From: Ralstonia mojiangensis
GTDB taxonomy: Bacteria > Pseudomonadota > Gammaproteobacteria > Burkholderiales > Burkholderiaceae
DNA: 32,000 nt
Reading direction: 5' to 3'
NCBI RefSeq assembly: GCF_023955645.1
Contig: NZ_JAMXHU010000008.1
Location: 21,501-53,500, forward strand
Positions 8,977 through 18,205 of this stretch are shown piece after piece. The position numbers and the translations under genes were made by a program. Position 1 is the first letter of the stretch, and every line of letters begins with the position of its first letter. A model generated the notes under the pieces. That model did not search any database and was not told the DNA's origin. It saw nothing but the letters and a program-made list of their open reading frames with translations.

Positions 8977-10383
8977 TCACAGCGCGTGGGCCAACTGCAG
9001 CAGCGGTTGCCGCGCCGTGGCGTCTTGCAGGCGCCCAGCGGCGTCGACAATACCCATGCTTTGCAGCCACGCCTCAAACTCCGGTGCAGGCCGCAGGCCC
9101 AGCGTGTCGCGCAGATAGAGCGCGTCATGAAACGACGTGCTCTGGTAATTGAGCATGATGTCGTCGGCACCCGGGACGCCCATGATGAAATGGATGCCCG
9201 CCACGCCAAACAGTGTGAGCAGCGTATCCATGTCGTCCTGATCGGCTTCGGCGTGATTGGTGTAGCAGACGTCGCAGCCCATGGGCAGGCCCATCAGCTT
9301 GCCGCAGAAGTGGTCTTCCAGCCCCGCGCGGATGATCTGCTTGCCGTCGTAGAGATACTCCGGGCCGATAAAGCCGACCACCGTATTGACCAGCAACGGC
9401 GAGAACGCCCGCGCCACCGCATAAGCTCGCGCCTCCATGGTTTGCTGATCGACGCCATGATGCGCATTGGCCGACAACGCGCTGCCCTGGCCGGTCTCGA
9501 AATACATCACGTTGTTGCCGACCGCACCGCGCGCCAGGCCCTGCGCGGCGTCATGCGCCTCGGCCAGCAAGGCAAGACTGATACCGAATCCCGCGTTGGC
9601 CTGTTCGCTGCCCGCCACCGATTGAAATACCAAGTCTACAGGCGCGCCCTGGTCAATGGCGCGCAGTGTGTTTGTCACGTGGGTCAGCACGCACGACTGC
9701 GTGGGAATGGCGTAGCGGTTGCGCAGTTCGTCAACCAACTGCAGCAGCGAGACGATGGCGCCGAGATTGTCGCCAGCGGGGTTGATGCCGATGGTCGCGT
9801 CGCCGCAGCCATAGAGCAGGCCATCGATGATCGATGCCGCAATGCCTTTGGGATCGTCCGTCGGGTGGTTGGGTTGCAGCCGGACCGACAACCGGCCGGG
9901 CAACCCGATGGTGTTGCGAAAGCGCGTGACCACGCGGCACTTGCGGGCCACGGAAATCAGATCCTGATTGCGCATCAGCTTGCTGACTGCGGCAGCCATT
10001 TCGGGCGTGATGCCGGGGGCAACGCCTGCCAGTGTCTGGCTGTCGGTCTCATGCAGGAGCAACCAGTTGCGGAACTCACCCACCGTGAGCGAGGCAATCG
10101 GCTGGAAGGCCTGCGCGTCATGCCGATCAAGAATCAGGCGCGTGACCTCGTCGTCTTCATAAGGCACCAGCGCTTCGTTGAGGAACACCGACAGCGGCAC
10201 ATCCGCCAACGCCATGCGCGCGGCCATGCGTTCGCCCTCGCTGGCCGCGGCCAGACCCGCCAGATAGTCGCCCGAGCGCGCCGGGCTGGCTTTGGCCAGG
10301 AGCGCCTTGAGATCGTTGAACACATGGCGTTGCGCGCCAATGGTCTGAGCGAAGTGCATGATGGGATACGCGGAAGCGTCCAA
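8977..10383 (-). CDS. eutB: Ethanolamine ammonia-lyase large (heavy) subunit
   Basis: The 468-aa ORF carries EutB-family sequence throughout (e.g. GLPMGCDVCYTNHAEADQDDMDTLLTLFGVAGIHFIMGVPGADDIMLNYQSTSFHDALY). An alternative start at the ATG at 10359 (MHFAQTIG) is possible. Confidence 0.9.
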   Translation of the reverse strand: MDASAYPIMHFAQTIGAQRHVFNDLKALLAKASPARSGDYLAGLAAASEGERMAARMALADVPLSVFLNEALVPYEDDEVTRLILDRHDAQAFQPIASLTVGEFRNWLLLHETDSQTLAGVAPGITPEMAAAVSKLMRNQDLISVARKCRVVTRFRNTIGLPGRLSVRLQPNHPTDDPKGIAASIIDGLLYGCGDATIGINPAGDNLGAIVSLLQLVDELRNRYAIPTQSCVLTHVTNTLRAIDQGAPVDLVFQSVAGSEQANAGFGISLALLAEAHDAAQGLARGAVGNNVMYFETGQGSALSANAHHGVDQQTMEARAYAVARAFSPLLVNTVVGFIGPEYLYDGKQIIRAGLEDHFCGKLMGLPMGCDVCYTNHAEADQDDMDTLLTLFGVAGIHFIMGVPGADDIMLNYQSTSFHDALYLRDTLGLRPAPEFEAWLQSMGIVDAAGRLQDATARQPLLQLAHAL

Positions 10384-10483
10384 TGACGGTGACGGCGATG
10401 CTTATCCTGCCACTTTAGTTGCCTTCTATGTCACGGCGGCAATGTTCTAATACGCATTTCCCAAACGTCGATCTCGCCCGTAA

Positions 10484-11719
10484 ATGACCGCATCCGCCAC
10501 ACCGTCCCGCTTACACCAAGCGGGCTCTGCCATGGAAGTGCTGGCGGTCTTTCTCAAGCTGGGCCTCACCAGTTTCGGCGGCCCTGTCGCGCATATCGGC
10601 TACTTCCGGCGCGAGTTCGTAGACCGCCGCCGCTGGCTGGATGACGCAACATTCACAGATCTCGTTGGCCTATGCCAGTTTCTGCCCGGGCCTGCCAGCA
10701 GCCAGGTGGGATTCTCCGTCGGGCTGCTTCGGGCGGGATGGCGTGGCGGGTTGGCGGCATGGTGCGGCTTTACGCTGCCTTCCGTCTTGTTGCTGCTGGT
10801 TTTTGCGATGCTCGCGCCGAGCCTCGGCGGCCCGATTGGCGTGGGCCTGATCCACGGTTTGAAGCTGGTTGCCGTTGCGGTGGTGGCGCAGGCCGTGTGG
10901 GACATGGCGCGCAAGCTCTGTCCTGACTGGCAGCGCGCAGGTATTGCGCTGATCAGCATCGCCGTGCTAAGCGCGTTGACGACCGTTTACGCGCAACTTG
11001 TCGTGATCGTGCTTGGCGCCGTGCTGGGCTTGTTGTTATGCCGATCGTCGCGTCCGGCGAATGAGGGTCCGAGGGCGGGGCAGGGAACCGCATTCCGCGT
11101 GTCTCACGCTGCCAGTATCGTCAGCCTGGTGCTGTTCTGCGCGCTGTTGTTCGGGCTTCCGGTTGTGGCAGACCTTCATCCATGGATGCCCGCGAAAGTG
11201 TTCGACGCGTTCTATCGGTCGGGCGCGTTGGTTTTCGGAGGCGGGCACGTCGTGCTTCCGCTGCTGGAGCATCAGACGGTCGCGACGGGTTGGGTCACGC
11301 CGAACGATTTCCTGGCAGGCTACGGCGCCGCGCAGGCCGTGCCCGGGCCGTTATTCACCTTCGCCGCTTTCCTCGGCTGGACGATCGCGCCAGGGCTCAA
11401 TCATTGGGCCGGTGCTGCGCTTGCTACGGTGGGCATTTTTCTGCCGGGCCTGCTGCTGGTCATCGCGGCGCTGCCTTACTGGCAGGCATTGCGCGCGCGT
11501 CCTTCCATGGCGGCGCTGCTGGCGGGTGTGAATGCCGCAGTGGTTGGATTGCTGGCGTTTGCCCTTTACACGCCGGTCTGGACGAGCGCCGTGCGGTCAT
11601 GGAGCGACTTTGCCGTCGCGGCGATTGCGTTCCTGCTGCTGACGCGATGGAAAACGCCACCGCTGATTGTGGTGGCGTTTTGTGCGGCGGCGGGCGTTGG
11701 CGCTGCCATGCTGGGTTGA
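10484..11719 (+). CDS. chrA: Chromate ion transporter (CHR family, long-chain ChrA)
   Basis: The 411-aa polytopic ORF has duplicated CHR domains. The N-terminal signature is FLKLGLTSFGGPVAHIGYFRREFVDRRRWLDDATFTDLVGLCQFLPGPASSQV, and the second copy is FYRSGALVFGGGHVVLPLL...GYGAAQAVPGPLFTFAAFLG. Confidence 0.9.
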   Translation: MTASATPSRLHQAGSAMEVLAVFLKLGLTSFGGPVAHIGYFRREFVDRRRWLDDATFTDLVGLCQFLPGPASSQVGFSVGLLRAGWRGGLAAWCGFTLPSVLLLLVFAMLAPSLGGPIGVGLIHGLKLVAVAVVAQAVWDMARKLCPDWQRAGIALISIAVLSALTTVYAQLVVIVLGAVLGLLLCRSSRPANEGPRAGQGTAFRVSHAASIVSLVLFCALLFGLPVVADLHPWMPAKVFDAFYRSGALVFGGGHVVLPLLEHQTVATGWVTPNDFLAGYGAAQAVPGPLFTFAAFLGWTIAPGLNHWAGAALATVGIFLPGLLLVIAALPYWQALRARPSMAALLAGVNAAVVGLLAFALYTPVWTSAVRSWSDFAVAAIAFLLLTRWKTPPLIVVAFCAAAGVGAAMLG

Positions 11720-11769
11720 ATCGCGCTCTTCCTACGAGCGGCAACCAGTAACTGCGCAGGGGCAGGGGG

Positions 11770-13167
11770 TCATTCGTCCATGAGCCGAACCCGGACCTTC
11801 TTGCCCTTCAGCGTGCCACCGTTGAGCTTGCGCAGCGCCTCGCGTGCGATGCCGCGGTCGACCGCAACGTAGGTCGAGAATTCGGTCACGTTGATCTTGC
11901 CGATCTGGTCGCCCCGAAAGCCGGCGTCGCCCGTCAATGCACCGAGTACATCGCCGGGGCGGATCTTCTCCTTGCGTCCGCCGAGAATCTGCAGCGTTTC
12001 CATTGGCGGCAGCAGCGGTGCGTCATTGCCGGTATCAAGCTCGTCGAGCTTGTGCCATTCGACCTCGCGCCCAAGCGCCTGTTCGATGTTGCCGACACGG
12101 CCCATCTCGTCCATGCTCGCGAGGCTCAACGCCCAGCCGTTCTCATCGGCGCGGCCCGTGCGGCCAATGCGATGCACGTGCACTTCGGGGTCGGGCGTCA
12201 CGTCAACGTTGATCACCGCTTCGAGCTGTGCGATGTCGAGCCCGCGCGCGGCAACGTCGGTCGCGACGAGCACCGAGCAACTGCGGTTCGCGAACTGGAT
12301 CAATACCTGATCGCGCTCACGCTGCTCGAGTTCACCATGCAGCGCCAGCGCGTGGATGCCCTCCGCGCGCAACACGTCGAGCAGGTCACGGCATTGCTGC
12401 TTCGTGTTGCAGAAGGCGAGCGTGCTCACCGGCCGATAGTGCTTGAGCAGCAGCCCGACCGCATGCAACCGCTTGTTGTCGGTCACCTCGTAGAAGCGCT
12501 GGCGAATCTTGCTGTCGTCGTGGCGCTCTTCGAGCTTCACTTCTTTTGGATTGCGCAGAATGCGCTGGCACAGCTTCGCAATACCTTCCGGGTAGGTCGC
12601 CGAGAACAGCAGCGTCTGGCGATCGGCCGGGCACTGGCGCACGACCGTCGCGATGTCATCGAAGAAACCCATGTCGAGCATGCGGTCTGCTTCGTCAAGC
12701 ACGAGCGTCTTCAGCGCGCCGAGCGCAAGATTGCCGCGTTCCAGGTGGTCCATGATGCGCCCCGGCGTGCCGACGATGACATGTGCGCCATGCTCAAGGC
12801 TTGCCGCCTGCGGACGCATCGGTGTGCCGCCGCAGAGCGTCAGTACCTTTACGTTTTCTTCGGCGCGTGCCAGGCGGCGGATTTCCTGCGCGACCTGATC
12901 GGCAAGCTCGCGCGTCGGGCAGAGCACCATCGCCTGTACGTCGAAGCTGCGCGCGTCGAGCCGTGCGAGCAGTGCCAGCGCAAACGCTGCCGTTTTGCCG
13001 CTGCCCGTCTTTGCCTGCGCGATCAGATCGTGGCCCGCAAGCGCGATGGGCAGGCTTGCAGCCTGGATCGGCGTCATGTCGGTGTAGCCGAGCTGCGCAA
13101 GGTTCGCGAGCACGGCCGGGGCGAGCGCTAGGGTGGTGAAGGGCGTGGCGGTTGGTTCGATGGTCAT
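11770..13167 (-). CDS. dbpA: ATP-dependent DEAD-box RNA helicase DbpA
   Basis: Q-motif/Walker A (TPIQ, AKTGSGKT), DEAD (VLDEADRMLD), SAT, HRIGRTGRA and a C-terminal DbpA RNA-binding domain (GGRKEKIRPGDVLGALTG...VRVRLMDE) are present. I prefer the start at ATG 13167 (MTIEPTATPFTTLAL) over the track start at 13269. Confidence 0.9.
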   Translation of the reverse strand: MTIEPTATPFTTLALAPAVLANLAQLGYTDMTPIQAASLPIALAGHDLIAQAKTGSGKTAAFALALLARLDARSFDVQAMVLCPTRELADQVAQEIRRLARAEENVKVLTLCGGTPMRPQAASLEHGAHVIVGTPGRIMDHLERGNLALGALKTLVLDEADRMLDMGFFDDIATVVRQCPADRQTLLFSATYPEGIAKLCQRILRNPKEVKLEERHDDSKIRQRFYEVTDNKRLHAVGLLLKHYRPVSTLAFCNTKQQCRDLLDVLRAEGIHALALHGELEQRERDQVLIQFANRSCSVLVATDVAARGLDIAQLEAVINVDVTPDPEVHVHRIGRTGRADENGWALSLASMDEMGRVGNIEQALGREVEWHKLDELDTGNDAPLLPPMETLQILGGRKEKIRPGDVLGALTGDAGFRGDQIGKINVTEFSTYVAVDRGIAREALRKLNGGTLKGKKVRVRLMDE

Positions 13168-13181
13168 GTCGTTGCGTTGGA

Positions 13182-13445
13182 TCACTTGAGCGGCTTGCCT
13201 TCGATTTGCTTGTAGATGACCCGGCCGTCTTTGGTTTCGACGCGTTTGAGATAGTTGCGCGCGCCGCATAGCGCACAGCGGAACAGCGGTCCTTGGCCCT
13301 CATCCTTGATGACGACGTCGGACAGCTCCCACTGCGTGCCGCAGCTCTGGTTGATGCAAGTGAACACGGTTTTCTCTAAATGGATTGTTCGTTGCGCCTC
13401 GATGACGAGGCAGGTGGACCGGGGCCGCGAATGCGCCGATGTCAA
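13182..13445 (-). CDS. Small zinc-ribbon protein (CxxC...CxxC), function unknown, immediately upstream of dbpA
   Basis: The ORF contains FTCINQSCGTQWE...FRCALCGARNY, two CxxC knuckles. Its stop is 14 nt before the dbpA start. The start is uncertain: the track start is TTG at 13445, and GTG at 13367 would give 61 aa. Confidence 0.5.
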   Translation of the reverse strand: MTSAHSRPRSTCLVIEAQRTIHLEKTVFTCINQSCGTQWELSDVVIKDEGQGPLFRCALCGARNYLKRVETKDGRVIYKQIEGKPLK

Positions 13446-13862
13446 TCTGGATCAATACCTCAACCACAAATGGCGTTGCCGAGCCGTTCGTAGGAGATTG
13501 CGCTGCCCTTTGGCTATTTTGGCCTGACAGGTGGGAAAGTCATCTCGTCTCGCGACGCCCACGCCATGCGCCCAATGCATCCTGTTGGTGCAACAGATTT
13601 GCGGCTACAACGTTGAGAGCGATGGAAATATGGGGCCGATCTTGCAGATCGTCACGTTTTCCCCGCCGGACTCTAACACACCCATTTAGGCTCGTAAGGC
13701 GCGGGCGAAGCCTCTGTGACGAGTGGCAGGAAACTGCAGATGTCATTTCTTTGACACTGTCTAGAGTCCGCGCTCTTGTCCCGGTTTGAGGTGCGTCAAG
13801 TCTGGTCGGTAGCCGCTGGCATCTAATGGATCGCATATTGGCAATCGTTTGACGCCCCAACT

Positions 13863-15611
13863 ATGCGCACCGCCCCCGTGCCGTCTTCACCAACTGCAGA
13901 ACAGATCGATCTGCCGTTTCACGCTGCTCTTGCCCGCACATCGAATTCGCTGTCCCTCGCATCAATGCAGCTGGCGTTGCTCGACTGGGCACTGCATCTC
14001 GCCGTCTCGCCAGGCAAGAGGCTGGATCTGTGCCGCCTGGCGCTGACGCAGGCCGAACAACTCGAGCGTTACATCCGGGACTGTATGGCGTCCGGCCCTC
14101 AGGACGTGTGTCTTTGCGTCCAGCCGCCGGCCCATGACCGTCGTTTCTTGGCTGACGAGTGGCGCTTGTGGCCGTTCAACGTGCTGCACCAGTCCTTCCT
14201 GTTGACGGAGCAATGGTGGGAGGCGGCCACACGCGGCGTGTGGGGCGTCGCCAAGCATCATGAAGACGTGGTTGCCTTTGCTGCGCGTCAATGGCTCGAC
14301 ATGATGTCGCCAGGCAACCAGTTGGCAACCAACCCCATTGTCTTGCGTCGGACCTTTGAACAGCACGGTACCAATCTCGTGCGCGGCGCACTCAATGCGC
14401 TTGACGATCTGGAGCGCTCCATGAGCGGCGCGCCGGCCGCCGGCACCGAAGGTTTTATGGTGGGCCGCGACGTGGCCATCACGCCCGGCAAGGTGGTCCT
14501 GCGCAACCGCCTGATCGAGCTGATCCAGTACGCGCCGGCCACGAACAAGGTCCAGGCCGAGCCCATCCTGATCGTGCCGGCATGGATCATGAAGTACTAC
14601 ATCCTGGATCTGTCACCGCAGAACTCGCTGATCCGCTATCTGGTAGAGCAGGGCCATACCGTGTTCTGCATCTCCTGGAAAAACCCCGATGAGGCTGATC
14701 GCGCCCTCGACATGGATGACTACCTCAAGCTCGGTGTCTTTGCCGCGCTCGATGCCGTCAATGCCATCGTGCAGGGCCAGCGCGTCCACGCCACCGGTTA
14801 CTGCCTTGGCGGCACGTTATTGGCCATTGCAGCGGCTGCCATGGCGCGCGATGGCGATGCGCGGTTGGCATCCATGACGCTCTTTGCCGCGCAGACAGAC
14901 TTTTGCGAGCCGGGCGAACTCGGCCTGTTCATCGACGAGGCACAGGTCAGTCTGTTGGAAGCGCAGATGGAGCAAACCGGCTATCTACGCGCCAGCCAGA
15001 TGGCCGGAGCCTTCCAGATGCTGCGCTCGTACGACTTGCTGTGGTCGCGTGTGGTGGGTGAATACCTGCTGGGCGATCGCGCACCGATGAACGATCTGAT
15101 GGCCTGGAACGCCGATGCCACGCGCATGCCCGCGCGGATGCACAGCCAGTATCTCCGGCATCTGTTCCTGAACGACGACCTGAGCGAGGGCCGCTACCCC
15201 GTCAACGGAAAGCCGGTGGCCCTCAACGACATCGACTTGCCCATCTTCGTGGTGGGCACGCTGACCGACCACGTGGCGCCATGGCGCTCGGTCTACAAGC
15301 TGCATCACCTGACCGAGGCGGAGCTGACGTTCGTATTGACCAGCGGCGGCCACAACGCCGGCATTGTCAGCCCGCCGGCCAACTCGCACCGGCGGTTCCA
15401 GATGCAGACACGTAACGTCGGCGAGGTATCGGTGGCGCCGGATGATTGGTTGGCATCGGCACCCACCACCGACGGTTCATGGTGGCCGGCATGGCATGCA
15501 TGGCTGGTCGCGCATGCATCGGGCCCCGCACCGGTGAAGCCACCGAAGATGGGCGCCCCGGCACTGCCGCCACTGGCGGACGCGCCGGGCGCCTACGTGC
15601 TGGAGAAATAA
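13863..15611 (+). CDS. phaC: Poly(3-hydroxyalkanoate) synthase, class-I-type PhaC
   Basis: The 582-aa ORF has the lipase-box Cys (ATGYCLGGTLL), a catalytic Asp context (VVGTLTDHVAPW) and a catalytic His (LTSGGHNAGIVSPP). An N-terminal PhaC_N-like region is present. Confidence 0.9.
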   Translation: MRTAPVPSSPTAEQIDLPFHAALARTSNSLSLASMQLALLDWALHLAVSPGKRLDLCRLALTQAEQLERYIRDCMASGPQDVCLCVQPPAHDRRFLADEWRLWPFNVLHQSFLLTEQWWEAATRGVWGVAKHHEDVVAFAARQWLDMMSPGNQLATNPIVLRRTFEQHGTNLVRGALNALDDLERSMSGAPAAGTEGFMVGRDVAITPGKVVLRNRLIELIQYAPATNKVQAEPILIVPAWIMKYYILDLSPQNSLIRYLVEQGHTVFCISWKNPDEADRALDMDDYLKLGVFAALDAVNAIVQGQRVHATGYCLGGTLLAIAAAAMARDGDARLASMTLFAAQTDFCEPGELGLFIDEAQVSLLEAQMEQTGYLRASQMAGAFQMLRSYDLLWSRVVGEYLLGDRAPMNDLMAWNADATRMPARMHSQYLRHLFLNDDLSEGRYPVNGKPVALNDIDLPIFVVGTLTDHVAPWRSVYKLHHLTEAELTFVLTSGGHNAGIVSPPANSHRRFQMQTRNVGEVSVAPDDWLASAPTTDGSWWPAWHAWLVAHASGPAPVKPPKMGAPALPPLADAPGAYVLEK

Positions 15612-17135
15612 ATGCGTGTGCAAAAGCAGCTTCGGGCGTGTGGCAGCTACGCCGGCACGCGTATGGCCGCCATGGTAGTCACCGCCACTGTGCTGGCACT
15701 GTCGGGTTGCATCTCGATGGCGCCGCCTTACGAGGCGCCCGCGTTGCCCGTGGCCCAGCACTACGACGCCGACGATGGCCGGGATGGCCTGTCAGCGTCA
15801 GCGACCGGTTGGCAGGCGTACTTTACGGACACGCGCCTGCAGGCGTTGATCGAGCAGGCGCTGGAAAACAACCGCGACCTGCGCACTGCCGTGCTGCGTG
15901 TGGAAGAGGCGCGTGCCGCGTTTGGCATCCAGCGCGCGGAGTTGTTTCCGCATCTCAATGCGCAGGCCGGCGTCAGTCGCCTGAGCATTCCGGCGGACGT
16001 AAGCCCCTTCGGCATGCCGATGCGTGTCACCCAGTACCAAGTGGGGGCCGGCGTCTCCAGTTGGGAGATCGATTTCTGGGGACGCGTACGCAACCTCAAC
16101 GAGGCCGCACTGGAAAGCTATGTGGCATCCGACGCCGCACGCCGTGCGGTAGCGCTTGGGCTGATCGCGCAAGTGGCCGACAGCTATCTGGTGCTGCGTG
16201 AACTCGACGAGCGCATCGCGCTGGCACAACAAACCGTGGATAGCCGGACCGAAACACTGCGCATCTTCTCGCGCCGCGTGGCGGTGGGCGCGACGTCAAG
16301 ATTGAACCAAACGCAGGTCGAGACCCTGCTGACCCAGGCGCAGGCGCTGCTAACGCAATTGCAGCAGGCGCGCGACGCGCAGGCGCACGGCCTGGCCTTG
16401 CTTGTCGGCAAACCAATCGACCTGCCGCCGGTCTCCGAGCCACTTGACGAGCACCGCATGCTGGCCGAACTGCGCGCAGGCCTGCCTTCCGACCTGCTGA
16501 CGCAGCGCCCGGACATTGCCGCCGCGGAGCACCGGCTGCGTGCTGCGCACGCCAGCATCGGCGCGGCACGGGCCGCTTTCTTTCCCCGAGTGGCACTGAC
16601 CGGCGCTTACGGCACGCTGGGTCCGGAACTGGGCAACCTGTTTGCGCCCGGCACACGCGCCTGGGTATTTGCGCCGAGTATCAGCCTCCCGCTCTTTGAA
16701 GGTGGAAAGCTGCGCAGCAACCTCGACCTGGCAGAAGCCCGCCGAGACCTTGCCGTGGCCGGTTACGAGAAGATCGTGCAGAGCGCATTCCGCGACGTGT
16801 CCGACGCGCTCTCTGCACGCAAGTGGCTGGCCGACCAACTCGACATTGCGAAGGCCGCACTGGCGGCACAAACCGAACGCGCGCGGCTGTCGCAACTACG
16901 TTTCGACGCTGGAGCATCGACGTTCCTGGAGGTGCTCGACGCCCAGCGCGACCTACTGGCCGCGCAGCAGCAACTGGTGCAGGTACGCCGTGCGCTTCTC
17001 TCTAGCCGCGTTGGCCTGTATGCCGCACTGGGTGGCGGCACGCAGGCCGTCGAATCCGAATCTGATCTGCAACCTCACCTGAGCCTGACGCCGCCCCCGC
17101 GCGTATCGGGCGTATCGGGCGGAACAACACCATGA
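15612..17135 (+). CDS. Efflux outer-membrane factor lipoprotein (NodT/OprM family)
   Basis: It has a lipobox (VLALSGCIS), then AQHYD...WQAYFTDTRLQALIEQALENNRDLRTAVLRVEEARA and a duplicated OEP repeat. The ATG directly abuts the phaC stop (TAAATG). An alternative start is ATG 15663. Confidence 0.9.
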   Translation: MRVQKQLRACGSYAGTRMAAMVVTATVLALSGCISMAPPYEAPALPVAQHYDADDGRDGLSASATGWQAYFTDTRLQALIEQALENNRDLRTAVLRVEEARAAFGIQRAELFPHLNAQAGVSRLSIPADVSPFGMPMRVTQYQVGAGVSSWEIDFWGRVRNLNEAALESYVASDAARRAVALGLIAQVADSYLVLRELDERIALAQQTVDSRTETLRIFSRRVAVGATSRLNQTQVETLLTQAQALLTQLQQARDAQAHGLALLVGKPIDLPPVSEPLDEHRMLAELRAGLPSDLLTQRPDIAAAEHRLRAAHASIGAARAAFFPRVALTGAYGTLGPELGNLFAPGTRAWVFAPSISLPLFEGGKLRSNLDLAEARRDLAVAGYEKIVQSAFRDVSDALSARKWLADQLDIAKAALAAQTERARLSQLRFDAGASTFLEVLDAQRDLLAAQQQLVQVRRALLSSRVGLYAALGGGTQAVESESDLQPHLSLTPPPRVSGVSGGTTP

Positions 17136-18205
17136 CTACGACTCCCCGACAACGATGGATTGCGCTGCTGGCGGCCGCCCTGGTGATGGCTGGCGGAGCG
17201 TTCGCGTGGAAGGCTTTACGGCAAGAGGGCCCCGGCAAGGGCTTTGCGAGCGGCAATGGCCGCATCGAGGCCACAGAAATCGATGTGGCCACCAAGCTGC
17301 CTGGCCGCGTGCAGGACATTCTGGTGGACGAGGGCGACTTCGTGACGGCCGGCCAGCCGCTTGCGCACATGCAGGTGCAGACGCTGGAAGCGCAACGCGA
17401 CGAGGCCCTGGCGCGGCAGCAGCAAGCGGTCTCTGCCGTGGCGAGTGCGCAGGCCCAGGTGGCCGTGCGAGAGGCCGATCGGCAGGCTGCGCTGGCGCAG
17501 ATTGCCCTGCGCGAGAGCGACCTGGATGCCGCTCAGCGGCGGCTGGCGCGTTCTGAAACGCTGTCGCACGAAGGCGCTTCGTCAATGCAGGAGCTGGACG
17601 ACGACCGCGCCCGCGTGCGCAGCGCCAAGGCCGCGCTGGTGGCGGCCCGCGCGCAAGCCGAGGCCGCGCAGGCGGCCGTGCTGGCCGCTCATACGCAGGT
17701 GGCCGGCGCCGGTTCCACCGTCAAGGCAGCAGACGCAACCGTATTGCGCATCAAGGCCGATATTGACGACAGCGCCTTGACGGCCCCGCGCGACGCCCGT
17801 GTGCAATACCGCATTGCCCAGCCCGGTGAGGTGCTGGCCGGCGGCGGGCGGCTGCTCAACCTCGTGGATCTTTCCGACGTCTACATGACCTTTTTCGTGC
17901 CGGAGACGGACGCGGGCCGCATCGCCATGGGCAGCGAGGTGCGTATCGTGCTGGACGCTGCGCCGCAATACGTGATTCCGGCGCGCGTGTCCTTTGTGGC
18001 CAGCACCGCGCAATTCACGCCCAAGACCGTGGAGACGGCCAGCGAGCGCCAGAAGCTGATGTTCCGCGTGAAGGCGCAGATCGATCGCGATCTGCTGCGT
18101 AAGCACTTGAAGCTGGTGAAGACCGGCCTGCCCGGCATGGCGTGGCTCAAGCTCGACACGCAGGCCGAATGGCCGGCCGCCCTGGCGATCAAGGTCCCGC
18201 AGTGA
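17132..18205 (+). CDS. HlyD-family membrane fusion (periplasmic adaptor) protein, YhiI-like
   Basis: The 357-aa ORF has an N-terminal TM anchor, [20 protein letters not shown], a long Ala/Gln-rich coiled coil and a C-terminal barrel. Its start overlaps the OMF stop (ATGA). Confidence 0.9.
   Translation: MTTTPRQRWIALLAAALVMAGGAFAWKALRQEGPGKGFASGNGRIEATEIDVATKLPGRVQDILVDEGDFVTAGQPLAHMQVQTLEAQRDEALARQQQAVSAVASAQAQVAVREADRQAALAQIALRESDLDAAQRRLARSETLSHEGASSMQELDDDRARVRSAKAALVAARAQAEAAQAAVLAAHTQVAGAGSTVKAADATVLRIKADIDDSALTAPRDARVQYRIAQPGEVLAGGGRLLNLVDLSDVYMTFFVPETDAGRIAMGSEVRIVLDAAPQYVIPARVSFVASTAQFTPKTVETASERQKLMFRVKAQIDRDLLRKHLKLVKTGLPGMAWLKLDTQAEWPAALAIKVPQ

Noticed and set aside
13446-13862. 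A 417-bp lower-GC intergenic region upstream of phaC, scanned for an sRNA, riboswitch or tRNA
   Set aside because: I recognised no conserved RNA motif, cloverleaf or strong terminator. It is most simply a divergent promoter region. The track ORFs there (13439-13789, 13540-13860) have no coding character.
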